Notes: generated from the sequence alone by a model not told the origin. DNA of 64,000 nucleotides from Eledone cirrhosa (GCA_964016885.1 OZ024740.1:131006001-131070000); one strand, 5' to 3'. Positions 40,401 through 54,987 are shown, numbered from the stretch's first letter. Made by a program: numbers and translations.

Positions 40401-42758
40401 TCACTTATGGCCACCACATCTATGTTTAGTTCCCCGAGGTCATTGAGCAGGTGACCCTGCTTCCAAGATGACCCAGGCCACTTGCATTTATACTGCCTCT
40501 TCTGAGTACAGCCATGTTGGATGAGAAACGGGGCAAATGAGAAAGAGTCACTTACCTTGTTCGTGTGGTGAAGGGACAGTAGAACCGTCCATTTCGCTGG
40601 TCAGGGGTGTTTCCAAGAGGATGTCAGTGTATATCCTCTTGGTAACCGTCCCTCTGAAGTCTCCAACTGCGTTAGGGAATTTTTGTTTTAAAGGTTTGTA
40701 TTGTTCTATTGAGATTTAGATGATGCTTATGTTTGTCGGGAGAGTTCTTGGTGTTGGTGGGATGTAGTAATTTTTTTCCGTGATGTCTGTGTGCTGCTTT
40801 ATATATTTAATGAGTTCTTTTTTTGCTTATTTTATGGCTGTGTACTTTTTAGGGGGAGGGGTGATTTCTTTGCCGTTTTCTTCTTGTTGCTGTTTGGTGT
40901 ATGTGTCTTGTTGTGTTTGCGTTGTTGGTGTTTGTGGTGGTGTTGCTGCAAGTTTCCTTGCTGCCTTTACCACTCTTTGTATGCCTTCGCTTTTGGAGGG
41001 TGAATCTAAGGGTTTTTTTGTTTTTTTTTGTTTTTTGTGGCAGACTGTCTGCCACGTCACTCCCGCCTCAAACTCCATGTCGGATTATGTGGCATCTTGG
41101 AGGGGCATGTGCTCCACGGCTGTTGATGGTGGTAGTGGAGCCCTCTTCGGCAATGTTGTTGCTGGTGTAGCTATTTCAAATGTAGCTATTGGTGTTGCCG
41201 CTACTGATGATGCTGCTTTAGTTATCCGTGGCTTGGTACGGGTGCTACGGACGTTGCCCTCATACTCACCGTGGAAGGGGCTTCTTCGTTTGTTGCCTTC
41301 CTGCTCTTGGTAGCAGCGGACCAGGTATTGGAAGGAGAGGGGCCCTCTTCGGTGTCTTCTGCGGGCAAAAGGCCCTGAGGTGACCTTTCGGCCCACAGAG
41401 ATAACATTTTGGCCGTCTTCCTTCTACACTTATAGGTAGTTGGAATCCTTCCTCAAAGTCTATGATATCGGGGATAGCCTCGATACATTCCTGGTCAGTT
41501 TGTATAAGCATTTGCATGCCTATAGCTGACCAGTTCTCTCTCCCTATTTTTTCTACTTGCAGCATGGTCGCCCTGCAAGGACAGACGCGGCTAGCCAAGG
41601 TATGGGTACGTCGGGTGGGACCTGTGTCACTTTGACCCTCACAATTTTCTGCCCGCAGTAGGAGGGCACCAAGACTAACTCATCATTCTTTAGGGTTTCC
41701 AAAGTGTGAGATTTTGCTTCCTGGGGGGGCGAAAAGTACGTCTACTGTGGCGTACTTTCTGCCTCGGGTGATGTGGATTTTGCGTGCCCAGACGCACCCC
41801 AAGGCCTTCTGGATTTGAGCCTCCGTAGTTCTCTCCACTCGATGTAAGATTTTGCTTACGGTGCGGTAAGTCACCGTTCGTAGCTGCTGGTCCTTGAAAA
41901 AATCGGGTGGAGGTTTCAGGGAAATTCTATTTGCGCTTCTTGTCACCATGGCCCTTGCAACTGCCATCTCCTCCTCTGTGACTAACACTCTCTCGATATT
42001 TCGGGCGACACCTGCAAAAGAAGTGGTCCCTTTTTCAGCAGCACCACTATTGCTGCCGCTACTGGTCTTACTTGTGGTGCTGAGGTCGCTATTACAGGTA
42101 TCGGTGTCATTGTTATTCTTTTCGCTGGTACAGTTATTGGTGTTGTTTTCGTTGATACTGTTGCTGCTGTTACTGTTATTGTGGCTGTTGTTATTATTGT
42201 GTTTTTGTTGATACTGTTCCTACTATTATTATTGTTGTGGCTGTTGTTATTGTCATTGTTATTGCCGTTCTCGACCTTACCGCTGTAACTTTTGTTATTG
42301 TCGTTCTCAACTTTACCGCTGTTATTTTTGGTGTTGTTGTTGGTGATGTTGTTGGTGTTATTGTTGGTGTTGTTTGTGTTAGAAATATTTGTTAATTTTA
42401 AATCTGTAACAATCTTTTTTTCCTTTGTAATATTTTCGTTTATATTTACCTCCTCTGGAACGCTGTCTTGTTGACATGCTGATAAAGTCTCCCTCTCTCT
42501 GTGTTGTCTGACAGCGCGCTCTCTCTTTTTTGTGTTATATATGTTGAAATTTTTCAAGAAATGTTTTTATAACAAATACGAATACGACACCCCGTAAAGG
42601 GGTGTCGTATTATTTACTAGAGAACCCCGGTATTAGGTGGGTCACTTCTTCTAAAATTTTTTCAAATTTAAAACTTGAATAAAAGGTTTAGAACGGTTGT
42701 AAACGAGGTAAAACGTTGAAAAAGACTGGAGGCGATAAGAAGCGTGGCTTAACCAACC
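37455..42758 (-). mobile_element. Tx1/L1-clade LINE copy D (third subfamily), lacks the last ~0.55 kb
   Basis: Asn-rich ORF1 with CYLCGPKGHLRAFC. ORF2 ATG at 40515, then APE, RT (AYADDVT) and CPRC..ETVVHALVQC. Ends at LLSRVG then (ATT)n. The 5' end abuts (AAT)n. Confidence 0.95.
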
Positions 42759-42812
<54 letters not shown>

Positions 42813-42886
42813 GATTTCTTTATTAACCACAAGGGTTTACATAAAGTAGACATTAAGGACAGTGCAGGACAATGCAGGACGGTACA
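42813..42886 (-). mobile_element. Tx1 3'-terminal stub with 18-bp TSD
   Basis: Matches the Tx1 3' end. Flanked by aataatactaataataat at 42795-42812 and 42887-42904; the 'act' imperfection marks the duplication. Confidence 0.9.
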
Positions 42887-42905
42887 AATAATACTAATAA
42901 TAATA

Positions 42906-43436
42906 TTCTCTAAATTCGGATGTTTTAAAGAAGGTACTATGAAGGGAATTTTCATGAAGGTTGCTCTTCCTGCTTGTTGTTATTTCCTCCTTGGACATCT
43001 CCTGGTCTATTGTCTTCTCCTTCAGTACAATTTTGAGCATTGGCTCCCTACTCTCAGTCACGTATTTGTGTAGGTTGTTTTTCTCCGTCTGAACATAGGC
43101 CTCTATGCTGATAAGACCTCTTCCAACTTCAGATCTGTTTAACTAGAGTCTATCGACATCACTTCTCTTGTGGAACATGTTGCAGATAGTCAATAGCTTC
43201 TTAGTCTTCCTATCCATTTCTTTTTGCTCAACAACATTCAATTCAGAATTCCCGCACTGTACCTAATAATAGACACAGCCCGTGAATTCACTGGGATCTA
43301 TGTAAAGTAAACAATTTACCACATTCTGAGAAGTGGTATGAGCATAAGCCAGAGTCGTTGGTAGAAAACGATTAGGTGAAGGTGCTATGGGATTTTCGGA
43401 TACAGATAGACAAGAAATTAGAATACAACAGGCCTG
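42906..43436. mobile_element. Rearranged R4/Dong fragment H: inverted piece (42906-43292, minus) joined to a sense piece (43298-43436, plus)
   Basis: The minus part matches E ~33153-33540 and the plus part matches E ~33798-33935. Confidence 0.9.
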
Positions 43437-46061
43437 CAAAAAATTGTGTTGACTGGCACTGCACACGTATTGTGAAGAGCACTATCTCTGTAAGATTGAT
43501 ATCCCTCCTTGTATTTACATATGCATATGAACATCTGTATATATATATACTCTCTTTTTTTTTATTATTATAATCAATGTGCTGTATTAACTGGCTTACC
43601 AATGCACACTCTGAATTTACTTGCCCTAGGTGTCTGCAAGACACTCGGCATATATCTCAGAAACAATAATGAAAGAAAATAAAAATAACAATAATAATAA
43701 TAATAATAATAATGAAATTAGTGTGTACAGTTACACTTACACACGTGTACATATGAGAGTGTGTGTGTTTTAGTGTGGCATTCCTAATCCTTATCCATAC
43801 TGTACTAACCAATCCATTTAACTCTCATTCATATTGGAGAAATTAAAATCGTCCATCAAAATCAAATGGATCTGTTTTCCTCACTTTTGAAGTTTTACTC
43901 TACCTGAGCCTTCTGTAATATTTGTGTGAGCAGGTTCATGCAACAACTAACAATTATAGTGATAGGCTACTGCCCTGAAATACACATCTGATGTTTAAAC
44001 ATTACCAGAAATTCACCAAACGCAGTTACTTTCTTTTGCCAATTATCCATTGATCTCTAAATGAAATTCACTATTCTGTCGGAAAATTATGCTAGTTCTA
44101 ACATGTTTAAGATCCATGAACGGTAGTCCACATCGTAAACATTTCTTGTTATGCAAGTCCCAACCCTGTGCTTCACCTTTTACAATGGTCTGTATTAACA
44201 TTAAATCATTCAAGAGTTCATTCTTTTTTTCACGGCTTTTTCTCCTTTTTTCTGGTGTGGAGAAGATGGCCAAATGGACAACTATTTGGATGATGTAACA
44301 GGCAGGATGGCCACACCTACTTAGAAATGGGCCGGGATGGAGATATATCAGAAAGGTGGAACACTCTGGGTCAAGCGAAAGCAGAGAGAGGGCATTTGGA
44401 ATATGGAATATCATGAACTGATAGTCCTCAGTCGATAAGGTCGAGTGTTTGAAGGAAAGACCACTTGAGTTTTTATAGAGGTTTTGTAGCGTGTAAAAAC
44501 GACTAAAGTCAATTACACAATATTTTCCAGAGGACATTACGACTTAGGCCCATGAACAATTTCTAGAAATCACTGGACTGGAAATGCTTCTGGGGAGCTT
44601 TGCCAGTTCAAGATAAACATTGCAGTCCTGAATGTGCTGTCAGCCGGGCCTATCCAAGATGTGCGCAGAATGACGCAACCCATCTGCATGCACGCACTGG
44701 GTATCCGAGTATTATTGACTCAATTTGAATACCTGCAAGTTGCATTCACTTACCCAAGCCTAGGAATACGTTTTTTAAGATGACAAATACATGGTTCAAA
44801 ATGAAGTTGTTCAGCACACATTAATTAACAACGACTATTTCTCTATGTACACATCAACTACTTATTTCGTCTAGTTAACGTTCAAATCTGTAGAAATGTC
44901 AAATGTTCAACGAAGTTTCTAGAATAATGTTCGTACATACACACGTATTCACACATATTTGTGTATATATGCGTATAACTATTTACACATATATTGTATT
45001 TACAAATTCCATATTCTGAAATAATTGATTGGTTGCATCAAATTGGCAGGTAGTCTTAATGAATTTCTCCTACAGAAATTTGGTAAAAGGTCAGAGTGTA
45101 GAGAATTGTCAAAGCCAAAATAAAGTCATTGAAAACCGGTTAAATATTAAAGGAATAATGATTAATAAATGTGAAAACAAAGCTTATTGTAAAAGGTTAA
45201 CATATAAAGTAGCTTTGTTATTTAAATACTTGTTTTGAAAGATTACGTTTAATTCCGTATGATAAACAGATTTATATAACATATACAAATATACATCGAA
45301 AACCATAAACACAGAAACCGTCACACCACACACCTTCTTACGAAAAATATATAAAATCACATTCTTTGCAAACAGTGTTAAATATATGTACACTAACATA
45401 TATAGAATTTCACATAAAACATCAACATTTGCATACATAACATTTCAAATACAATTCTAAGAATGGAAACATATACGCAAACACCCATAAATAATATAAT
45501 TGATGGCATAAAAAATAAACATCGTAGGAATTAAATGAAAGGCCAAATTTTTAAAATGGAATTCAATTTGTTTGTTCTGTGCAGCTTCTATGCTTTAATT
45601 TGTTTCTGACTAAAAGTCGCAAGCACCATTTCTAACGATGTATTTACAAAATCATATTTCGATCTAAAATTATTTTGTGTATGAAAGTTCAGAATTTAAA
45701 ATTGTATATGTAAAAGTTTGCATTTAAAATACAGTATTCATTTGAATCTACCCAAAACTCAAGATTCATATTAATAATATCAAATCGTAATATTATGATA
45801 CACAACCCAATCTTACACTCATAATATCTTCGTTTCTTTACGATGGGTCAAAGCTCATTGAGTTTTTTCCGTAGCAGAAAAGATACAATTTTATTGTGAC
45901 AGCCTGTAATTCGTAACGCAGAATGGTTTAACGACACACACACAAACACCACTTATATACACACACACACACACACACACAAACAGACACACGCACACAC
46001 ATATATATATATCAAAATAAATGGGCGCAAAAAACAGTATCTCATCATATCCATATTTAAT

Positions 46062-46155
46062 TACAGATTACATATGTTTCACTGCCGATCAGCTCAAGAA
46101 ACGATCGAATAATGTTCGATCCCAACTTTGGAATCGGGACCTCCTCAGATATGTA
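46062..46155 (-). ncRNA. Hammerhead ribozyme-like motif with extended stem II
   Basis: Minus strand: tacatat CTGAGGA ggtcccga..ttgggatc...GAAA catatg TA atctgta. Stem I pairs 6 of 7 positions and stem III is palindromic. The element lies between microsatellites. Confidence 0.6.
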
Positions 46156-46456
46156 GACGCACGTCCAAATGTATATACACACACACACACACTCATACAC
46201 ACACGCACGCACACACACACACACATATATATATAGAGAAATTGTAAGCTTAGTTACTTTGATTATATAAATGATAGTAGTCCACGTCGTTCAAATGTTA
46301 GAACGCACAAGGAATATACTCTGCGATATCATTGAAAATGTGCCTCCGTATCCTGAGAAAATTAACATTTCAACCTTACAAATAGAATTATTTCATGATT
46401 TATCTTTTTGGCACTACTCCATATGCCCCCTCCATTCATTTTCCCGTGACTCATTT

Positions 46457-46583
46457 TTCCTTTTCTCTGAGGAGAATTTTCTATTACCTTGCTCAATCCT
46501 GATTTAAGGAGAGAAGTTAGAGAGAAAGCAAACCTTCTATCTATTACTGTACTTAATTAAAACTGAGAAACACGTAAAGGGAA
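46457..46583 (+). ncRNA. Degenerate hammerhead ribozyme-like motif with long stem II insert
   Basis: ttccttttct CTGAGGA ...~93 nt... GAAA cacg TA aagggaa; the flanks are partly complementary. Confidence 0.4.
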
Positions 46584-48124
46584 TCCGGTTTGGTAGTATT
46601 TGGAAATGAGTGTCTAACAAATGAGGGAACATTAAACACAAACAACGTTTTACTATCTAATAACAATAATAATATTTTTTCTTACTGTCTAATTCTCCCA
46701 TCAAAATTTCTTCACCTCCACCAGAAGTGTGGATTTCAGTTGCACGTTAAGGCATCCAATGCTGGTTTATGCTTCTATTCTGTATATAGATTCATTAACG
46801 AGACATACATAACTCACCGTCTAAAATCAGACCACCAACCGCACAGCCAACAGAGATAATGTTAAACTATAGATTTGGCATTTAGGTGATTGACATCCCT
46901 GTTTTCGAATATGATTTGATGGATATGAATATGATGAAGTATTGTGAAGTTTACTTAGGAGGATGAGTAACACAGCTTAAATTACTACAACAAATAACAC
47001 AAGCCATTTTATACAACATAGTAATAATGTTTCGAATTCTACGCCATGTCCGCACAAGAATACATAAGCACGCACGCACGCACATATGAACGTATGCTAC
47101 AAATGTTACATATATTAGACATAAGGACATTATTTCCTCATCATTGCGCATCACCAATACATTAATACGGACAGAAATGTGTTGATAATGGTAAGCATTT
47201 TCTCATTTAGCAATCAACACCAAGGTTATTCTCATAATGACTATGTAACTACAACCGTGATTTTAGAATGGTGGATCATGCGTATACACCAAAACAGTAG
47301 TTATATTTAGAAATGAATTGAAAACTGTAGAATACTTATTTTTAAGTATATAATTTGTAAAGTGAAGTTTATAGAATCAGAATCAACATATATTAATATT
47401 TTTAGATTCATCTTGGGAATGGAGCGATATTGGTGTGTTGTGATGTATTTTTATTGTTTTATATGATTTTTATTCAATCTTTACATATTTAAATCAGTAT
47501 AATAATATTTTCCTAATCAGACTAGGAACGTGTAGTATTTTCCTGGTCAACATGAGATATGTTATTGTGAAGTGTACACATTTAAGATTAGCATTCCGTT
47601 TTTAAAAAATGATATTAATGATTTTGCATTTTATTCATGATTTTGCATTTTAAGGACACATGAGACAGTTTTTTATTTTAATATCAGTTTGGCTTATTGT
47701 GTAGTGAGAATATTTTGAGTTCTGTTTTATAGCGCTTCTATTAATTTTCCCCTATTCCTGTTCTCTAATTATGTTTTAGGTCAATTCAATAATTTATTTT
47801 GTGTGTAGTGTCTTTATTGTAATGAATATCGACTATTTTTTTTCCAGTGTTCACTTGCTTAATTGATTTAGTTTGTTATTTTGTAGAGAAAAGTATTAAA
47901 TTTATTTGCATACGGATTATGTCATTGTCAGCCTCAGTCGCTATGTATATATATATACATTTAATTGCTTTGGAAGTAAACAGAGGGGATTTGTTTGTCA
48001 GAAAGTATTGTTCTACTTAATGAATTTTATTTTGGTGTTATCGTATAGTTCGTCATTTAATATCTTGCCCTCTTACAAATGTTTTCATTGCAACAAATGA
48101 ATTAATATCCCGGTAATTCTTCGT

Positions 48125-48250
48125 TAAGCTGGCGATTGCCAAAATCGTTAGGGCGATGTATTAAAAAAACATCTCAACAATTCGTTCGGCGCAATGCGCT
48201 CTGAATTTATTCTCCGTCCAGTTGAAATTCCTTTTCAACATTCCCCCCCC
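48125..48250 (+). mobile_element. Highly decayed SINE copy
   Basis: ggcgattgccaaaatcgttag...ctctgaattta...gttgaaattccttttcaa weakly follows the SINE 5' half. Confidence 0.35.
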
Positions 48251-49743
48251 CCCCCCCCTCTCTCTCTCCACGTTGAAATCGCCCATGACAAGTGAGTAAT
48301 GATGATCAAAATTTCAAAGGTACAAATAAGTTGTTGCCTATTATATAATATATAACTCGAATACCTGGTTAGCAATGCACAGAACATAGTTATTTCATTT
48401 ACCATTGTGTGATTATATTTCGAGAAATACACAATGACACAATACGTATGATAGCTCGATTGCGGCAGGGTGCAATGCATTTTTATTTTTTATTTTTATT
48501 ATCGTTCTCTGTAGAAAATCTATTTAATTTTACTGACATCTTCACACATATATGCAAATGAGAGTATATCCTTATTTATATGCGTATAGATATTTGAGCG
48601 TATGAATTTACACGAGATCATACATTTGTACGAGTGACTTTCCTGGATACAATATAAAACATGTTCAAGTTAATAATTAACATAAGTGAATCTATCCTAT
48701 TATGGTATCCATGGATAACAAATCAGGACAATAAAATGAAAAAAATCCATCTTGAAGATACAACATTTAGTTTTAAGTCATGATTCTTTAAAATAAGCTA
48801 CTGATTCCGATCCACTCAGCTGCCGCAGGAAATAAAACAATAATTTCCTGAGGCTAAGGACTAAGTTTAACGCAGCATTTGTTTTACCATCATTTCGAGA
48901 TTCTTAAGATAAGAATTGAGCAGGTAGAAATGATAATGTTACAAAATATGCGAAGTTTATTTTATGAATTAGAACTCTGTTATGAAGTACGAGTTGGCAT
49001 GTTTTCGATAGTAAAGTTAAACATACCTCCGCCAACGAAATATTGAAGCCTGCAGCGCACTTTGTGTGCATTGATATGACATAATCAAATTGCAAAGGCG
49101 CATGTTTATTCTAACACATGAGAACAAGACCTTCGCAAATTAAAGCTAGATTCAATATTGCCTCAATCCAAATGCCTGGTGTAGGGAATAAAATACAGTA
49201 TATTCCAGTGTGCCTAAAACGGGCATATACAACATTACATATGTTAAGGTAAATCAATACTAATATTCATGTACATATTGTAAAATATATGTTATTTTGG
49301 AGGTTTATATGTATGCAGATGAAAATATATTGTGGTCGAAAATATCGAATATTTTTCAGATCATGTATGAACTACATTTTACAAATCAGTTAATGTTTTT
49401 TATTACATATGGTTTATTGCAACATTTTACTAAAGAGCCAGCCAAGTAATATAACAATAATAGATTTACGGTATCCTATTTCAAAGAGATTGTTGGTGAG
49501 CTTAAAATAAAAAAAAAACAATATGACATATTCTCATCCAATTTATATCTACTTGGCTTGAATACTTTTCTCACTGCGAGAATAAATTTATTGGACTATT
49601 TACGTAATGATGCTCCCCATCTCCTTCCCCAGAGTCACATTTCTTCGCTGACATTATTTATATATATATATATGCATATATATGTGTGTGTATGTGTGTG
49701 TGTGTGCGTGTGTGTATATATATATATGTATTTATGTATATAT

Positions 49744-49797
<54 letters not shown>

Positions 49798-50088
49798 AAA
49801 CATATGTATATATATATATATATATATATATTGGTAAACGGAATAGAAAATGCTGACAAATTGTTCACAGTTGAAAAATGGTTTAATTAGGCATAAAAGA
49901 GTATTAGTAATTGTATGGGTTAGTATTCAGTTGTGGTTTTAAGTTTTTAAGTTTTTACCGGTTGCGCATTTCTAAATGCTTTTCAAAAATAATTTTGAGA
50001 TAGAGTGTCCGTGTTGTTTGCTCAATATGTATATAAATATATATATATATATATATACATATGTTTACACACACTCACACACACACAT

Positions 50089-50133
<45 letters not shown>

Positions 50134-51826
50134 ATTATCAATATGTTTGCAGGGAAAAGCCAAGAAAGTCTAAGCAGAAAGTTCTGGAAAGTAGGAGGAT
50201 GTATTGTGTGTTCAAGCTTTACCAGATGTATCTGTACAGTTATGTAATTGTCTGCATTCACTGATTATATTATACAATGTTCATTCGTATGCATTACGTG
50301 TCTATGCTTGCGCTATATCCGAAAGAAAAAAAAGAAAAGGGAAGGAGAAAATCGGTTATTTTCCTTGTTGTGTGTACTGCACTTCAGGAATAAACCTTAG
50401 ACACTGCTTACAAAGCTAATGTACAATCTCTGGCATATAGAGAAATTCCGAATCGAAGTATAATATACAAATAACAAAAGTAGAGAACATAAAGAATAAA
50501 GTACATGAATTACAATAATGATGCCAAGTATGGATAATAGACCTGTATGCAGGGGAGGGGGTGCTTACACTCCAAATTACCAATGAGAAGATTGTTAGAG
50601 ATGTAAAGGGAGGGAGCTTTCAAAGAGACCTAAATAAGATTGGTCAAAGAACATACTTTAAATATATTTTGTGAATAGGGTAAAAGAGAGTGAGATAAAT
50701 AATTAAGAGAAAATTTAAAAAAAGAGATGAAACCGAAGTGACCATAAATGATAAAGATTCTTTGAAAAGCTCTAAATTAAATTGCGGGGCAACGTATTAG
50801 ATTTAATTACAATAGAAATCAACAACAGAGGGGACTAGCTGGGGCCAAATCGAATAAAGGCAGCGAGAAGGGAAGTGGTGAAATATTGAATATTTCAGGT
50901 AGAATGAATAGAGAGACACATGACCGTATACAACCCCAGTCAGGTGATATTTTACGAATGTTTAAAATGCCTTATGGCGAAGACTAAATATTCTCTTTTT
51001 TCGAGGATTGAACACGTCTTATCCAGTCATAACCTCTAAAATGTTGGTATGGGCTAGGGGATCTCAACACTGACCAATAAAGTGCTAATCCTGTTTTAAA
51101 TACCAGGTTCTTTTTTGGTTAGGGTAGTTGATTTACGTAGCCCGGAATTCTTCAATGAATCGGTGTGCACATACCGTATTTAAAAAAAAAAAAGGTAGGA
51201 TGTGGCACCCACACATTTATATATCACCAATTTCGTTTTGACACATTGAAAAACGAGGTTTTTATACGTACATTTTCCATATGAAGCAAATTTATTAGAT
51301 TTCCCGCAGTTGAAGTGTGTTGGTAGAAAGTGTTTATGATCATCATTTGTTCTTGCATTTGAGATGGTGTTTCAGATATGGGGAGGTTGAGTTAGATTCA
51401 GGCGTACATTGTTTAATCCATCAAAATGGTTGGGCATATCAATGCCCGATGAGGAGGTTTGGGGAAATGATCAGGTAGTAGTTCTAATAGTGAAGTAAGA
51501 TAGATGTCCTAGCTGGGGCTCGTTGTTGTTTTTTTTATTCCCGGGGTCATTTATCATTTAATCCTACGATGAAGATACTAAGATTTCCAGAGGTAGATTC
51601 GGACAATGGTATATTTTGTTTCTGTTTAAGAAACATTAGTAGTGTGTGAGAAATGAAAGCTCTCGTCTAATAATCTAAAGTAAAGAGAAGATATTTTGGT
51701 AGTGATTAATTCATATGTGAACGATTTAGCCATGGGAACCGGAGCAAGAACGGCTATATGTTTTCAAATTTAAAAATCTAGGTTCAGATGTGTCGACGGT
51801 TTCCGTTGTGCAGGGTTTATTTCGGT

Positions 51827-51872
<46 letters not shown>

Positions 51873-52607
51873 CACACAAACACATATAACGGCTCAATGA
51901 AATTATTTGCAGATAAATACATTAATCAAGCACATTTTAAACGATAATGTTATGATAACAATAATAGATAATGTCGTGTAACATATAGCACAGAACAAGG
52001 CCAGAAAAATAGAGAGATAGTAAACGATAAGACGTTTAATAGAGAAACCTAATATTACGTACATTCCAATTAATTAATAGTTCATTAATTATGCCTATAT
52101 TGCGCAACTTCAAGCCCCCTCCCCCCCAAAAAAACGCTTACGAATTAACATAAAGATGAAACGATATTTAAAACGTTTGCTATCTTCAGTATTATTACTC
52201 TTTCCTGCGTGTGAAACAAATTATCGTCTATTCACACAGAATTCAAACTTGAAACTGTACTCCGCAAGTATTGTCAAGGTAGCTGTAAATACTATAGCAG
52301 CAAGCGTATAGTATATTGAACTGCTTTGTTTTTCCCTTTTACGTTGTGTGCATACACGCACACAAACATATATATATATATATATATATAAATTAATAAA
52401 ATAATGAATAAACAAAGAAACAGTTCCTTATATTAAAAAAAATTCATCATTTTACGATCGTTTCTAGGATATATATGTGTTAGAGTTGGTATGCATATTC
52501 TATAGATCTATGTACAATATTTATACAAACTATCAAGGTAGTATCATTATTTCTGAAGATAGCATATATATGTGTAGGTATGTATATTCCCTAAGGAAGG
52601 ATTTATC

Positions 52608-53150
<543 letters not shown>

Positions 53151-53264
53151 AGAGAGAGGGAGAGAGAGAGACAGAGAGAGGCGGAGTGTGATAGAGTGAG
53201 AGGTAGATAGATAGATAGATAAATAGACAGAATTATACATATATATAAATACATATATCTCAAC

Positions 53265-53582
53265 AGATCTGGCAATCCATCGCTTGCGACAAGGAGTGTT
53301 GCAGTTGACACGATTAGCGGAATAGGTTGCCCAGGAAATAAAATAGGAGACTTGTTCTGGTATTCATAAAGTTAATGCAGTACTCAGGGAAATTCACCAT
53401 GACTCAGAATGTGCCAAAGCTTGCTTTCGATGTACAGATACAATTCATTTCTACTAGATGATCAGACTAGAAAAACCTAAAATGAAGTGTCTTGTTCAAG
53501 GTCACAACACGTCAACTGAAATCACAATTACAAACGTATGATCGTCGGCGGAATGCTTTAAATTCTAGCACACACGCCTTCA
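53265..53582 (-). mobile_element. Second tRNA-derived SINE family, decayed
   Basis: aagtgtcttgttcaaggtcacaac...gatcgtcggcggaatgctttaa..ctagcacacacgccttca is the reverse of a tRNA-like head plus the 'ttgtg.ccttgagcaagacactt'-type core. Recognised from pattern only. Confidence 0.5.
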
Positions 53583-54945
53583 ATATGGATATAGATATAC
53601 ATATATATTTCACGTGACTGTGTATGCATGTGCATATGCATATATACGTGAAAGACAGAATGGATAAGCACTTGTATAATTATTATAGGTTAGAAAAATA
53701 CATCAATGAAAGGATAGTTCATTTTGCCATTTGAAACGATCGAAAAGCAGTGGACCATTTAAGTATTAAATCTTATCTCCATTTCATTGTTCAACCTTAT
53801 ATGTCTGAATCTGAATATTTCGAAAATTCAAAAATATGTAATGATTTAAGAATTTTCAATAAACACTATCCCCCTCTCTCCTATGGTGCATTCTGGACAA
53901 CATCAAGTACAAATATTTTTCTAAATCTATCGCTAATTGCCTAGAATATTCATGTAAATCTATATATTTATCTATCTATCTAGTTATCTATCAATTGATT
54001 TGCGTGTCTATATTTATATCTTCCTCTGTGACATATGTACTTTGATAGAAAGATTCAGAGAGCGCACGTAAAAAGAATAGGATAGATAGAAATGAATTTT
54101 AGTTTGAGTTTGATGATAGGTGCCTCGAGAAATGGTTCTCTATCAAACAGTATATTTCAGTTATGATTTGCAAGTAGAGCTAAGCAGATTGTGAGATGAA
54201 AGAGGGGATATCATGTTAAAATGGGAAAATAAATGTAAGAAACAAATCGGAGAGATAGCGTATACATTACAATATGAGGAACTCCGGCTATGCTGGTGGG
54301 CTATAGTAGAATGAAATTGAATAAATAAAACAAAAGGATGTGACAGCTAACACCATACCAGATTACAACGCGTTACAGGAAATAAAAGCGAGGTCAGACC
54401 GTATTCTGAACGATCAATCATGACTACAGAATTAAGTGTCATTCAATTAGAAAATGTTTTTATTCAGTTGAAGATTCCTGGCTATAGGAAATCAACTTGA
54501 GGTTTTGAAAATGATATCTAACAAGAATTTCCACTCAATCAATCATGTACATAAAGATATGATCAGAATTTTGCGTCTTTATATATGCGTGAATCACTGA
54601 CCTGTATATGGATTTTTTGAGCGTGTGTGTGTCTGTGTGTGACATATTAGTTTGTACGAATGAATATTTTTCGAACAGTATAGAATGATATATATTACTT
54701 TGTTGTTCAATATTTATTAACGTTATGCTTTCAAGAATATCCATTAAATTTCAGAGATATGCACCTCCGTGAATATCCCCATTTTTTTAAATTTCCGTGG
54801 GAACATTTTCACTAGGCTAGTTTGTAAAGGTCATACTTACTAATATATATTATTGGCAACATGACCCTCCCAAAGTATAACAATATCGGTTTCAACACAC
54901 GTTTTCAGATAAAGAATCTTGCTAAACAAATTCAGAAACGAAATA

Positions 54946-54987
<42 letters not shown>

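Noticed and set aside
15108-42474. ORFs antisense to the LINE ORFs (e.g. 20366-20674, 25480-25788, 38780-39088)
   Set aside because: They are shadow frames of RT-coding sequence and recur only because the elements are paralogous.
44043-44720. 164-aa minus ORF and possible LINE remnant
   Set aside because: There is only a weak RTE-like phrase (RNVLWKIL), which is not enough to assign.
50400-51830. Purine-rich stretch that looks like a decayed retroelement on the minus strand
   Set aside because: No motif could be read with confidence.
52239-52277. Possible 39-bp exon (cag|...FKLETVLRKYCQ...|gtagct)
   Set aside because: The donor is weak, there is no recognisable protein or partner exon, and it needs RNA-seq.
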